DNA of 64,000 bases from Abditibacteriaceae bacterium (lineage in GTDB: Bacteria; Armatimonadota; Abditibacteriia; Abditibacteriales; Abditibacteriaceae): positions 2,688,001-2,752,000 of the forward strand of contig OZ255721.1 in the NCBI GenBank assembly GCA_965277285.1. Reading direction: 5' to 3'. Position numbers and translations under genes: made by a program. Within the stretch, counting starts at the first letter, position 1. The number at the start of each line of letters is the position of its first letter. The notes beneath the pieces are model-generated. The model was given only the letters and a program-made list of their open reading frames with translations. It had not been told where the DNA came from and did no database searches. Shown piece by piece: positions 40,667 to 48,899 of this stretch.

Positions 40667-41473
40667 ATGACATTAACGCTCGGCGTCGTGCCCTATTTGA
40701 ACGCGTTGCCGCTTTATCACACATTGCGCGAAGTTCCAGAAATTCGCATCGTGTCGGCTGTGCCGTCGATTTTGGCGCCGATGCTCGATAAAGGCGAATG
40801 CGATGTCGCTTTGATTCCGATTGTCGAGCATTTGCGCGGCGTTGGCGATGAAATTATTTCCAACAGCTGCATTGGTTGCACCGGCGATGTACGCAGCGTT
40901 TTGTTGTTTCATCGCGTGCCGATTGAACGCGTTCAAAGCGTCGCGCTCGATACCAGTTCGCGCACTTCAGTCGCGTTGACACAAGTGGTTTTGAACGATT
41001 TGTTCAGTCTTTCGCCGGTCTACAATCATGCGGCGCCCGATTTAGGAGCCATGTTGCGCGACAACGATGCCGCTCTTCTCATCGCCGATAACGCGCTTTT
41101 AGCGGCGCAAAACGTTCCCGACAACATTCGAGTACTCGATTTGGGCACGGCCTGGCAAAAACTGACGAGCTTATCATTTGTCTTTGCGGCTTGGGTTTCA
41201 GGGCGCGGTTTTCACGATACCGAAGTTGCGGCTTTGTTGGATGAAGCACGTATCGAAGGCGTTCAACAAAGTGATGAAATCGCGCGCTTGGCGGCGCAAA
41301 CTTCGCCGGTTCCGCAAACGGTTATCGAAAGTTACTTCCGCGAAGCCATCGAATATGAAATGACAGCATCGCATCGTGCGGGTTTGAAGGAGTTTCGCGC
41401 GCGTTGCAAGAAGAATGGTTTGCTGAGTAGCCGTGCGATTTTGCAGTCGCCCGCCCCTGAAGGAGCGGGCTGA
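40667..41473 (+). CDS. mqnA: Chorismate dehydratase (futalosine pathway)
   Basis: V.YLNALPL, G.VRSVLL, SRTSV.L, LLIAD.AL, DLG..W...T.L.FVFA.W. Confidence 0.88.
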   Translation: MTLTLGVVPYLNALPLYHTLREVPEIRIVSAVPSILAPMLDKGECDVALIPIVEHLRGVGDEIISNSCIGCTGDVRSVLLFHRVPIERVQSVALDTSSRTSVALTQVVLNDLFSLSPVYNHAAPDLGAMLRDNDAALLIADNALLAAQNVPDNIRVLDLGTAWQKLTSLSFVFAAWVSGRGFHDTEVAALLDEARIEGVQQSDEIARLAAQTSPVPQTVIESYFREAIEYEMTASHRAGLKEFRARCKKNGLLSSRAILQSPAPEGAG

Positions 41474-41565
41474 GGTAAAAGCCCCATGAATGGGGCTAAA
41501 TGGCTTCATGAGAGGCCTCTTTAGCGGTCTTGCTGCTCTCAGCCCGCTCCTTCAGGGGCGGCGAC
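41446..41565. repeat. About 120-bp imperfect palindromic element; second copy at 63251-63380
   Basis: CCGCCCCTGAAGGAGCGGGCTGAG ... CTCAGCCCGCTCCTTCAGGGGCGG. Confidence 0.75.
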
Positions 41566-41595
41566 GGCAAGTCCACACCGTTGATTATGAAACGT

Positions 41596-41637
41596 AAAAA
41601 GCTCCGCCTCGACTTTGAATTGAGGCGGAGCTTTTTT
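41596..41637. terminator. Bidirectional intrinsic terminator
   Basis: AAAAAGCTCCGCCTC...GAGGCGGAGCTTTTTT between convergent genes. Confidence 0.75.
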
Positions 41638-41653
41638 GTTCAGAGAAGCCAAC

Positions 41654-42538
41654 TCAGGCGAACGATTGATCCAGTTGGGCGACTTGTTCGGGCGACAGTT
41701 CGACATCGCCGCCGTGCGCGCTGTCTTCAACGCTTTCCAGGCGACTGGCGCCCGGAATCGGAATAGCGCGCTCGTATTTGCTCAAGTGCCAGGCGAGGAC
41801 AACGCGTTGCGGGCTGATGCCCAATTCCCGCGCGATTTGCCCCAGCGCGCCTTTTTCGCCGATGCCTTTGGCACCGCCCATGCCGCCCAGAGGACTCCAG
41901 GGCAAAAACGCCAATCCTAATTCGCGGCAATGTTCCAGAACGCCGTCCTGTTCGGGCGCGCGATGCGTCGGGCTGAACTGGTTTTGCACACTCGTAATCG
42001 GCACGATCTTCATGGCGATGTCAATTTGCTCGACGCTGACGTTGCTCAAGCCCGCGAACTGGATTTTTCCGGCATCCAGTGCTTCGCGCAAGACGCCAAC
42101 CGAATCGGCAAACGGCGTTTTCGGGTCGGGGCGATGAAATTGATAAAGCGGGATCACGTCCACATTCAACGCTTTCAAACTGGCGTCGAGAGCTTCGCGT
42201 AAGTGCTCGGGACGGCCATCGGTCACCCAATCGCCGTTGGGACGAATGTGGCCGCCTTTGGTCGCCAGCACGACGCGCGACTTCAAATCAGCGGGAAGAC
42301 GTCTAAAGGCTTGCGCGAACAAGCGTTCGTTGTGTCCGGTTTCGCTGTCGTTCAGGCAATAAGCGTCCGCCGTGTCCCACAGCGTCATGCCCAATTCCGC
42401 GGCGCGAACGAGTACTCGAACCGCGTCTTCCAGCGAAGGCCGGTCGCCCTTGACCGACATCGGCATTCCACCCAGACCAACCGCTCCCACTTGCGGGCCG
42501 TTCGGCCCCAACTGCCGCAACTTCATGCTGTTTGCCAT
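41654..42538 (-). CDS. Aldo/keto reductase
   Basis: GLGGM, WDTADAY, ATKGG, LYQFHRPD, GLSN, PIPG. Confidence 0.92.
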   Translation of the reverse strand: MANSMKLRQLGPNGPQVGAVGLGGMPMSVKGDRPSLEDAVRVLVRAAELGMTLWDTADAYCLNDSETGHNERLFAQAFRRLPADLKSRVVLATKGGHIRPNGDWVTDGRPEHLREALDASLKALNVDVIPLYQFHRPDPKTPFADSVGVLREALDAGKIQFAGLSNVSVEQIDIAMKIVPITSVQNQFSPTHRAPEQDGVLEHCRELGLAFLPWSPLGGMGGAKGIGEKGALGQIARELGISPQRVVLAWHLSKYERAIPIPGASRLESVEDSAHGGDVELSPEQVAQLDQSFA

Positions 42539-42639
42539 CGTGTTCTCCAAAGAAAAGGATGCCGGCGATGTGGGCAATTTGAACGCCGCTTGCACCTCCT
42601 CATTGTGCGTTTAAGCCACGCTCTATGTGTCCCGAAAAG

Positions 42640-42858
42640 CCATTAGTTATTCCGGCGCAACGTGTCGTAGCACCGCAACTCGTCATTCTGAGCAAAGCGA
42701 AGAATCCCCTGAGGTTGAGCATAGAGTCAGGGGATTCTTCGCTTTGCTCAGAATGACAAACTTGCGCCATCCAGAATGACACGTTGCGGTGCGGTGACGA
42801 GTTGCAGTGCGGTGACGAGTTGCGGTGCTACGACACGTTGCGCCGGAATGACTAATGG
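42640..42858. repeat. CGTC/TGTC REP doublet nested in a longer inverted repeat
   Basis: CGTCATTCTGAGCAAAGCGAAGAATCCCC..GGGGATTCTTCGCTTTGCTCAGAATGACA with outer arms of about 46 bp (one mismatch). Confidence 0.88.
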
Positions 42859-42945
42859 CCTTTTGAGATCATTTTTTCTGTTATCGAGTACTCGATTCAG
42901 TTGTTACGGCGTGCCTCAAGCGTCGTTTGTCATAAAATGAAACGC

Positions 42946-44391
42946 ATGTCTCTTTCCGCAACTGTTAAATCCATTCAAGACATTATGCGCCAGGATGCAG
43001 GCGTTGATGGCGATGCACAGCGCATTTCTCAACTGGCGTGGCTATTTTTTCTCAAAATCTTCGACGATCAGGAACAAGAACTCGAACTGTTGCGCGCCAG
43101 TTATCGATCGCCTTTGCCCGACCGTTTTCGCTGGCGCGCCTGGGCCGCCGATGCCGAAGGCGCGACTGGCGAAGAGTTGCTGAACTTTGTCAACAACGAC
43201 TTATTCGAGACTTTGAAAAGCCTGCCGACTGCGCCCAACAATCCGCGCGGCGTGGTCGTGCGTGAAGTGTTCCGCGACGCTTACAACTACATGAAGTCGG
43301 GGACGTTGCTGCGGCAAGTCGTCAACAAAATCAACGAGATCGACTTCAATTCGAGCCGCGACCGCCATTTATTCGGCGACATCTACGAACAAATCCTGCG
43401 CGATTTGCAAAGCGCCGGAAACGCGGGCGAATATTACACGCCGCGCGCCGTGACGCAGTTCATGGTCGAGATGACGAACCCGAAACTGGGCGAACGAGTA
43501 CTCGATCCGGCGTGCGGAACCGGCGGTTTTCTCACCGGCGCGATTGAACACATCCGACAACATTATGTTCGTACCGCCGACGATGAAGCAACGCTGCAAA
43601 GCCAGATTTTCGGCGTCGAAAAGAAGCCGTTGCCGCATCTGCTTTGCCTGACCAATATGTTGCTGCACGGCATCGAAGTGCCCAGTCAAATTCGTCACGA
43701 TAATACCTTGACGCGGCCTTTGCGCGATTACGGTTCGAGCGACAAAGTCCATGTCGTGCTGACCAATCCGCCGTTTGGCGGGACAGAAGAACCCGGCATC
43801 GAAGCGAACTTTCCCGCGACGTATCGCACGCGCGAAACCGCCGATTTGTTTCTGGTCTTGCTGGTTCATTTGCTGCGCGACGGCGGGCGCGCCGCGATTG
43901 TCTTGCCCGACGGCACGCTGTTCGGCGAAGGCGTCAAGACGCGCATCAAGGAACACCTGCTGCGCGAGTGCAATCTGCACACGATCGTGCGACTTCCCAA
44001 CGGCGTTTTCGCGCCTTATACCGGCATCAAAACCAACCTGCTGTTTCTGACCAAAGGCGAGCCGACGCGCGAAGTCTGGTATTACGAACATCGTTATCCC
44101 AAAGGCGTGAAATCGTATTCCAAAACCAAGCCAATTCGCTTGGACGAGTTCGCGCCGATCCGCGCATGGTGGCACAACCGCGAAGAAGGCGAGCAATCGT
44201 GGCGCGTCGATTTCGCCGAAGTTCACGCGCGCAATTTCAATCTGGATATTCCCAATCCGAACGCGCTGAGTTTGTCGAACCGCGACCCGCAGGAATTGCT
44301 CATTGAGTACTCGAACGCGTTGCAAAAAGCCACCGAACTGCGCGAAAATCTGCGAAAGGTTATTGAAAACGCATTGACATCAAGAGAGTAA
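42946..44391 (+). CDS. hsdM: Type I R-M methyltransferase subunit (EcoAI-like)
   Basis: IQDIMRQDAGVDGDAQR, GEYYTPR, DPACGTGGF, NPPF. Confidence 0.95.
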   Translation: MSLSATVKSIQDIMRQDAGVDGDAQRISQLAWLFFLKIFDDQEQELELLRASYRSPLPDRFRWRAWAADAEGATGEELLNFVNNDLFETLKSLPTAPNNPRGVVVREVFRDAYNYMKSGTLLRQVVNKINEIDFNSSRDRHLFGDIYEQILRDLQSAGNAGEYYTPRAVTQFMVEMTNPKLGERVLDPACGTGGFLTGAIEHIRQHYVRTADDEATLQSQIFGVEKKPLPHLLCLTNMLLHGIEVPSQIRHDNTLTRPLRDYGSSDKVHVVLTNPPFGGTEEPGIEANFPATYRTRETADLFLVLLVHLLRDGGRAAIVLPDGTLFGEGVKTRIKEHLLRECNLHTIVRLPNGVFAPYTGIKTNLLFLTKGEPTREVWYYEHRYPKGVKSYSKTKPIRLDEFAPIRAWWHNREEGEQSWRVDFAEVHARNFNLDIPNPNALSLSNRDPQELLIEYSNALQKATELRENLRKVIENALTSRE

Positions 44392-44422
44392 CGTTGCCTC
44401 GGGAGAGTAACGTTGCCTCGGG

Positions 44423-44579
44423 GGATGTTTCACTGCGTTCAACATGACGGAGTGCGCTTCTCTATCATTCTGAGCGAAGCGAAGAATCCCCCGCAACTTC
44501 CCGTCATGTTGAGCGCAGCGAAACATCCCCCAACTCTATGTTAAACCTCAGGGGATTATTCACTACGTTCAGAATGTCG
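44423..44579. repeat. Cluster of four REP units upstream of the GIY-YIG gene
   Basis: Units at about 44423-44449 (rev), 44463-44489, 44502-44528, 44553-44579 (rev). Confidence 0.88.
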
Positions 44580-44624
44580 GCATAGCGAGAATGACGGCGC
44601 GTGGAATGACACCAAAGTAAAACA

Positions 44625-44930
44625 ATGACTTCACAACATTTCTGGGTTTACATCATGGGTGGCGCGGGCCAAACGATTTACATCGGCGTCACCAACGATC
44701 TGACTCGTCGCGTGTGGGAGCACAAAAGCCAAACGGTGAAAGGATTTACGCGAAAATATAATCTCGACAAATTGCTCTTTTATGTCGAGTTCAACAATCC
44801 AGCCGAAGCCATCGCTTACGAAAAGAAAACCAAAGGCTGGACTCGCGCCAAAAAAGACGCACTGATTGATGAGTTGAACCCGCAACGACGCGACCTGGCG
44901 GCAGAATGGTTTGCAAACAAAACGGAGTAA
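44625..44930 (+). CDS. Stand-alone GIY-YIG nuclease family protein
   Basis: WVYIM....IYIGVTNDL.RRV.EH...GFT.KY....L..E...AI..EK..KGW.R.KK..LI...NP. Confidence 0.92.
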   Translation: MTSQHFWVYIMGGAGQTIYIGVTNDLTRRVWEHKSQTVKGFTRKYNLDKLLFYVEFNNPAEAIAYEKKTKGWTRAKKDALIDELNPQRRDLAAEWFANKTE

Positions 44931-44975
44931 AGCAAATTTCCCGTCATTTCAATTTCTTGTCGTCTTGACCTACGC

Positions 44976-45148
44976 CGTCATTCTGAACGTAGTGAAGAAT
45001 CCCCCAACTCTATGTTAAACCTCAGGGGATTCTTCACTACGTTCAGAATGACAGCAAAGCGCAGAACGACAGCAAAGCGCAGAACGACAGCAAAGCGCAG
45101 AATGACAGCAAATACACGCTGTCATGTTGAGCGCAGCGAAACATCCCC
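44976..45148. repeat. REP doublet, 18-bp tandem repeats and single REP downstream of the GIY-YIG gene
   Basis: CGTCATTCTGAACGTAGTGAAGAATCC..GGATTCTTCACTACGTTCAGAATGACA; about four copies of CAGAAYGACAGCAAAGCG; TGTCATGTTGAGCGCAGCGAAACATCC. Confidence 0.9.
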
Positions 45149-45159
45149 TTCAATTTTTC

Positions 45160-45996
45160 ATGTCCGATTTACTACCATTCCTCCAACCCGACGTGTGGGA
45201 ACAATTGCTGCGCGTCCCCAACGCCGTCGCCCGTTTGCGCGGCTTGATTTTAGGTCTCGCCGTGCGCGGACAATTGGTGCCGCAAAACGCCGACGATGAA
45301 CCCGCGCAACTTTTGGTCAAGCGCATCGCCGCGCAACGCGAGCAAATGGTGCGCGACAAGAAAATCCGTGCCACCGAAACGCTACCGCCAATCGAAGAAA
45401 GCGAAAAACCGTTTGCTTTGCCGCAAAGTTGGGAATGGGTTCGTTTGCGCGAAGTAACGCACGATCTTGGACAAATGCAGCCACAAGAACGATTCACTTA
45501 CATTGATGTGACAAGCATTGACAAAGAGCACGGCGTAATTTCAAATGAAGTTCGAGTACTCGAAGCCGACGAAGCGCCATCTCGAGCACGCAAAATCGTC
45601 GCGCAGAACACAGTTATTTATTCGATGGTTCGTCCGTATTTGTTAAACATTGCCGTCATCAACCGCGAGTTTGAGCCGGAACCAATTGTCAGCACAGCTT
45701 TCGCAGTTCTTCATCCATTCAGCGGATTAGATTCACGTTTTCTATTTTTCTATACGCGAAGCCAACCATTCACAGATTTCGTTTCATCGAAAATGGTTGG
45801 CATGGCTTACCCAGCAATCAGCGACGGAGACTTGCGACCTGCGCCGATTCCTCTTCCACCACTGACAGAACAAAAGCGCATTGTGGCGAAAGTGGACGAG
45901 TTGATGGCATTGTGCGACGACTTGGAAGCGCAACTGAGACAAGCGCAGGAAACCGGAACGGCGTTGTGGCAAGCGATTGTGGCGAACGATGAATGA
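45160..45996 (+). CDS. hsdS: Type I R-M specificity subunit with a single TRD (half-size)
   Basis: LAVRGQLVPQ..DDEPA, PFALPQSWEWVRL, one TRD, PLPPLTEQKRIVAKVDELMALCD; 278 aa. Confidence 0.88.
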   Translation: MSDLLPFLQPDVWEQLLRVPNAVARLRGLILGLAVRGQLVPQNADDEPAQLLVKRIAAQREQMVRDKKIRATETLPPIEESEKPFALPQSWEWVRLREVTHDLGQMQPQERFTYIDVTSIDKEHGVISNEVRVLEADEAPSRARKIVAQNTVIYSMVRPYLLNIAVINREFEPEPIVSTAFAVLHPFSGLDSRFLFFYTRSQPFTDFVSSKMVGMAYPAISDGDLRPAPIPLPPLTEQKRIVAKVDELMALCDDLEAQLRQAQETGTALWQAIVANDE

Positions 45997-46147
45997 TGAA
46001 TATCGAGTACTCGAATACAGAAGCAACGTGTCATTCTGAGCGCAGCGAAGAATCCCCTGAGGTTTAGCATAGAGTTGGGGGATTCTTCGCTGCGCTCAGA
46101 ATGACACGTTGCTTCTGTATTCGAGTACTCGATATTCATCATTCATC
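45988..46147. repeat. 160-bp hairpin with 70-bp perfect arms and a REP doublet core
   Basis: 45988-46057 is the exact reverse complement of 46078-46147. Confidence 0.92.
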
Positions 46148-46156
46148 ATTTGCTGT

Positions 46157-48520
46157 TCATGCGGCTTGCGGTTCGCTTTCCTGGTTCTCGTCGTCACGGT
46201 AGATTTCGTTTTCGAGTTCGCGCAAAGCCGCAAAATAGCCGTCGCGCCCGCCGAAATGTTTGACGATTTCCATCGGTGTTCCCAGGTTGAGCAATTTCAA
46301 CACGCCCATATCCTCGATGTTTTCGATTCCGGCATCGGCGTATTTATCCAGCAGCGCATCGAGTACTCGTTTCGCGTCTTTGCCATAGCGTGCAAAGACA
46401 TCGCGCTTTTTGACGTTGAGCGCGCGTTCGCGGCGCGTCAAAGCCGGACGATCAAACGCGACGTGACAGACCAGATCGAACGCATCGTAATCCACGCCGA
46501 CTTCACTCGCCAACGCGTCGAGCAACAAGCCATGCTGCTGCATCTCGACCATCATCGCGTCTTTGCGATTCGCCTGACTCCAGCGCCGCAGAAACTCATC
46601 CAATGAACCGAACTCCTGGCGCGCGGCTTTGCGCGTGTAGTCGCGCAACGATTCCGTGATGAGCTTGCCGTCGCTGCCATAATATTGCACGCGTTCGGCA
46701 GCGACGCGCACTTCGACATCGCCCACGAAATACTTGCGCGGTCGGCCTTTGTCGTCAATGTCCCATGTAATATCGGGCGTTTCAACTTCGAGTACTCGAT
46801 TGTCGTCGCCAAGATCATCGGGCGGCACAATTGGGTCATTTTCTCCTGCGACATAGATTTGCACCGGATCACCATCGAAATCGCGGTCGGCGAAACGGTT
46901 CGTGGCCTGCTTGAAATCCATAATGGTGAAGAACCATTTGCCGTGTTCTTCGTTGACGCGCGTGCCACGCCCGATAATCTGCTTGAACTCGGCTATGCTT
47001 TCGACGCGCCTGTCCAGCACGATGAGTTTGCAAGTTTGCGCGTCCACACCGGTCGTCATCAGGCGCGAAGTCGTGACCAGAACAGGATAGCGGCTTTCCA
47101 GCAAAATGAAGTTGTCCAGTTCAGCTTTGCCTTCAGGATTGTCGCCAGTGATGCGCATGACATAACGCCCGTCTTTCGCGTACTCGTCGGCGTTTTCATT
47201 GACCAGCGCCTGACGCATTCGCTCGGCGTGATTGATGTCTTCGCAAAAGATAATGCTTTTGGCAAAACGGTCGGTTTGCTTGAGAAACTCCGACACCTTG
47301 CGCGCGACAACCAAGGTGCGCTGTTCAAGTACTAAATTGCGGTCGAAGTCGCGCGCGTTGTAAATGCGGTCTTCGATTTCATGGCCGTAGCGATCCTTCT
47401 TGCCGCTTTCGGGACGCCAGCCCGACATATCGCGGTCAAGGTCAACGCGAACCACTTTATAAGGCGCTAAGAATCCGTCTTCAATGCCTTGCTTCAACGA
47501 ATAGGTGTAAATTGGTTCGCCGAAATAGGCGCTGTTGGAAACTTCTTTGGTTTCGCGCGGCGTCGCCGTCAAGCCGATTTGCGTGGCAGCCGAAAAGTAT
47601 TCGAGAATCTCGCGCCACGCGCTGTCTTCGGCTGCGCTGCCCCGGTGACATTCATCGACGACGATCAAATCGAAAAAATCGCGCGAGAACTGCCGGTAAA
47701 TGTTCTGCGCGTCTTCGGTTCCCGTCACGGCTTGATAAAGCGCGAGATAAATTTCATACGACTTGTCAATTTGACGATTGGTGATTTTCGTCATCGCCGC
47801 GCCGAATGGCTTGAAGTCGTTGGTGCGCGTTTGATCGACCAAAATATTGCGGTCGGCCAAGAATAAAATGCGCTTCTTTTGCTTCGATTTCCACAATCGC
47901 CAAATAATCTGAAAGGCCGTGAAGGTTTTGCCGGTTCCGGTTGCCATGACGAGCAGCAAACGATTTTGTCCGGTTGCAACCGCTTCGGTCGTGCGATTGA
48001 TGGCGATGTTTTGATAATAGCGCGAAGTTTTGCCGCTGCCGTCATCGTAATAATCCTGCGCGATGACCTGGCGCGTCATTTCATCCCAGCCTTTCCAAGC
48101 GCAGTAGCGATTCCATAATTCGTCGGGCGAGGGAAACTCGTTGAGCGCAATTTCGCGTTCCAAAACGCCATCGGTTTGCGTCAAATCGTGTTCGACAAAA
48201 CCGTCGCCGTTGGAAGAATAAGCGAATGGCAAATCAAGCGTTCGTGCGTAATCCAATGCCTGTTGCATTCCATCGCCGACAAAGTGCTTGCCGTCTTTGG
48301 CTTCGACAACGGCGAGGGGAATGTTCGGCTTGAGATAAAGGATGTAATCGGCGCGTTTGGCCTCGCCGCGCGCCGCCAGTTGGCCGCGCACATGAATGCG
48401 CCCTTTGGTGAACGAAACTTCTTCGCGCAATTGCGTTTGCGTGTCCCAACCCGCACCAGCAATCGCGGGCGTGATGAACTTGGTGCAAATATCCCGTTCA
48501 CTCAAGGCGTTTTTGTTCAT
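46157..48520 (-). CDS. hsdR: Type I restriction endonuclease subunit R (EcoAI-like)
   Basis: [17 protein letters not shown]...VVEAK nuclease motif, [22 protein letters not shown]. Confidence 0.95.
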   Translation of the reverse strand: MNKNALSERDICTKFITPAIAGAGWDTQTQLREEVSFTKGRIHVRGQLAARGEAKRADYILYLKPNIPLAVVEAKDGKHFVGDGMQQALDYARTLDLPFAYSSNGDGFVEHDLTQTDGVLEREIALNEFPSPDELWNRYCAWKGWDEMTRQVIAQDYYDDGSGKTSRYYQNIAINRTTEAVATGQNRLLLVMATGTGKTFTAFQIIWRLWKSKQKKRILFLADRNILVDQTRTNDFKPFGAAMTKITNRQIDKSYEIYLALYQAVTGTEDAQNIYRQFSRDFFDLIVVDECHRGSAAEDSAWREILEYFSAATQIGLTATPRETKEVSNSAYFGEPIYTYSLKQGIEDGFLAPYKVVRVDLDRDMSGWRPESGKKDRYGHEIEDRIYNARDFDRNLVLEQRTLVVARKVSEFLKQTDRFAKSIIFCEDINHAERMRQALVNENADEYAKDGRYVMRITGDNPEGKAELDNFILLESRYPVLVTTSRLMTTGVDAQTCKLIVLDRRVESIAEFKQIIGRGTRVNEEHGKWFFTIMDFKQATNRFADRDFDGDPVQIYVAGENDPIVPPDDLGDDNRVLEVETPDITWDIDDKGRPRKYFVGDVEVRVAAERVQYYGSDGKLITESLRDYTRKAARQEFGSLDEFLRRWSQANRKDAMMVEMQQHGLLLDALASEVGVDYDAFDLVCHVAFDRPALTRRERALNVKKRDVFARYGKDAKRVLDALLDKYADAGIENIEDMGVLKLLNLGTPMEIVKHFGGRDGYFAALRELENEIYRDDENQESEPQAA

Positions 48521-48589
48521 GGTCGTATTCTCACTGACTCCATCATCACTGTGCCATGCGGAACGAGGTTAAGAATCCACAATATCCCA

Positions 48590-48863
48590 TCGTTTTGAGC
48601 GCAGCGAAGAATCTTGTGCAGTAACCCGTCATGTTGAGCGCAGCGAAATATCCCCTTGGGTTCACATTGAATTAAAGGGGATGTTTCGCTGCGCTCAACA
48701 TGACGAAGTTCCTTGCCGCTCCGCCCATTTACCGTTCTGCCTATCTGTCATTCTGAACGGAGCGAAGAATCCTCTGCAACTTCCCGCCATGTTGAGCGTA
48801 GCGAAACATCCCCAAAGTCCAACAGAGGCGTCAGGGGATTCTTCACTCCGTTCAGGATGACAG
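48590..48863. repeat. Cluster of about six (C/T)GTC REP units between hsdR and smc
   Basis: CGTCATGTTGAGCGCAGCGAAATATCCCC..GGGGATGTTTCGCTGCGCTCAACATGACG; TGTCATTCTGAACGGAGCGAAGAATCC..GGATTCTTCACTCCGTTCAGGATGACA. Confidence 0.88.
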
Positions 48864-48899
48864 TTCAAAATGACACGAGTTGCAGTGACGTCAACAGCT

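Noticed and set aside
44976..45148. CRISPR array
   Set aside because: The 18-bp units are directly tandem with no unique spacers, and there are no cas genes.
45012..45299. ORF MLNLRGFF...(TAKRRT)n and similar small ORFs at 42600, 45807, 48695, 25931, 14353
   Set aside because: Translations of REP and tandem repeats, not credible genes.
42946..48520. The type I R-M system as the reader of TCGAGTACTCGA
   Set aside because: Type I sites have a non-specific spacer, whereas the centre of this motif is its most invariant part; the R-M locus also looks accessory. No direct support.
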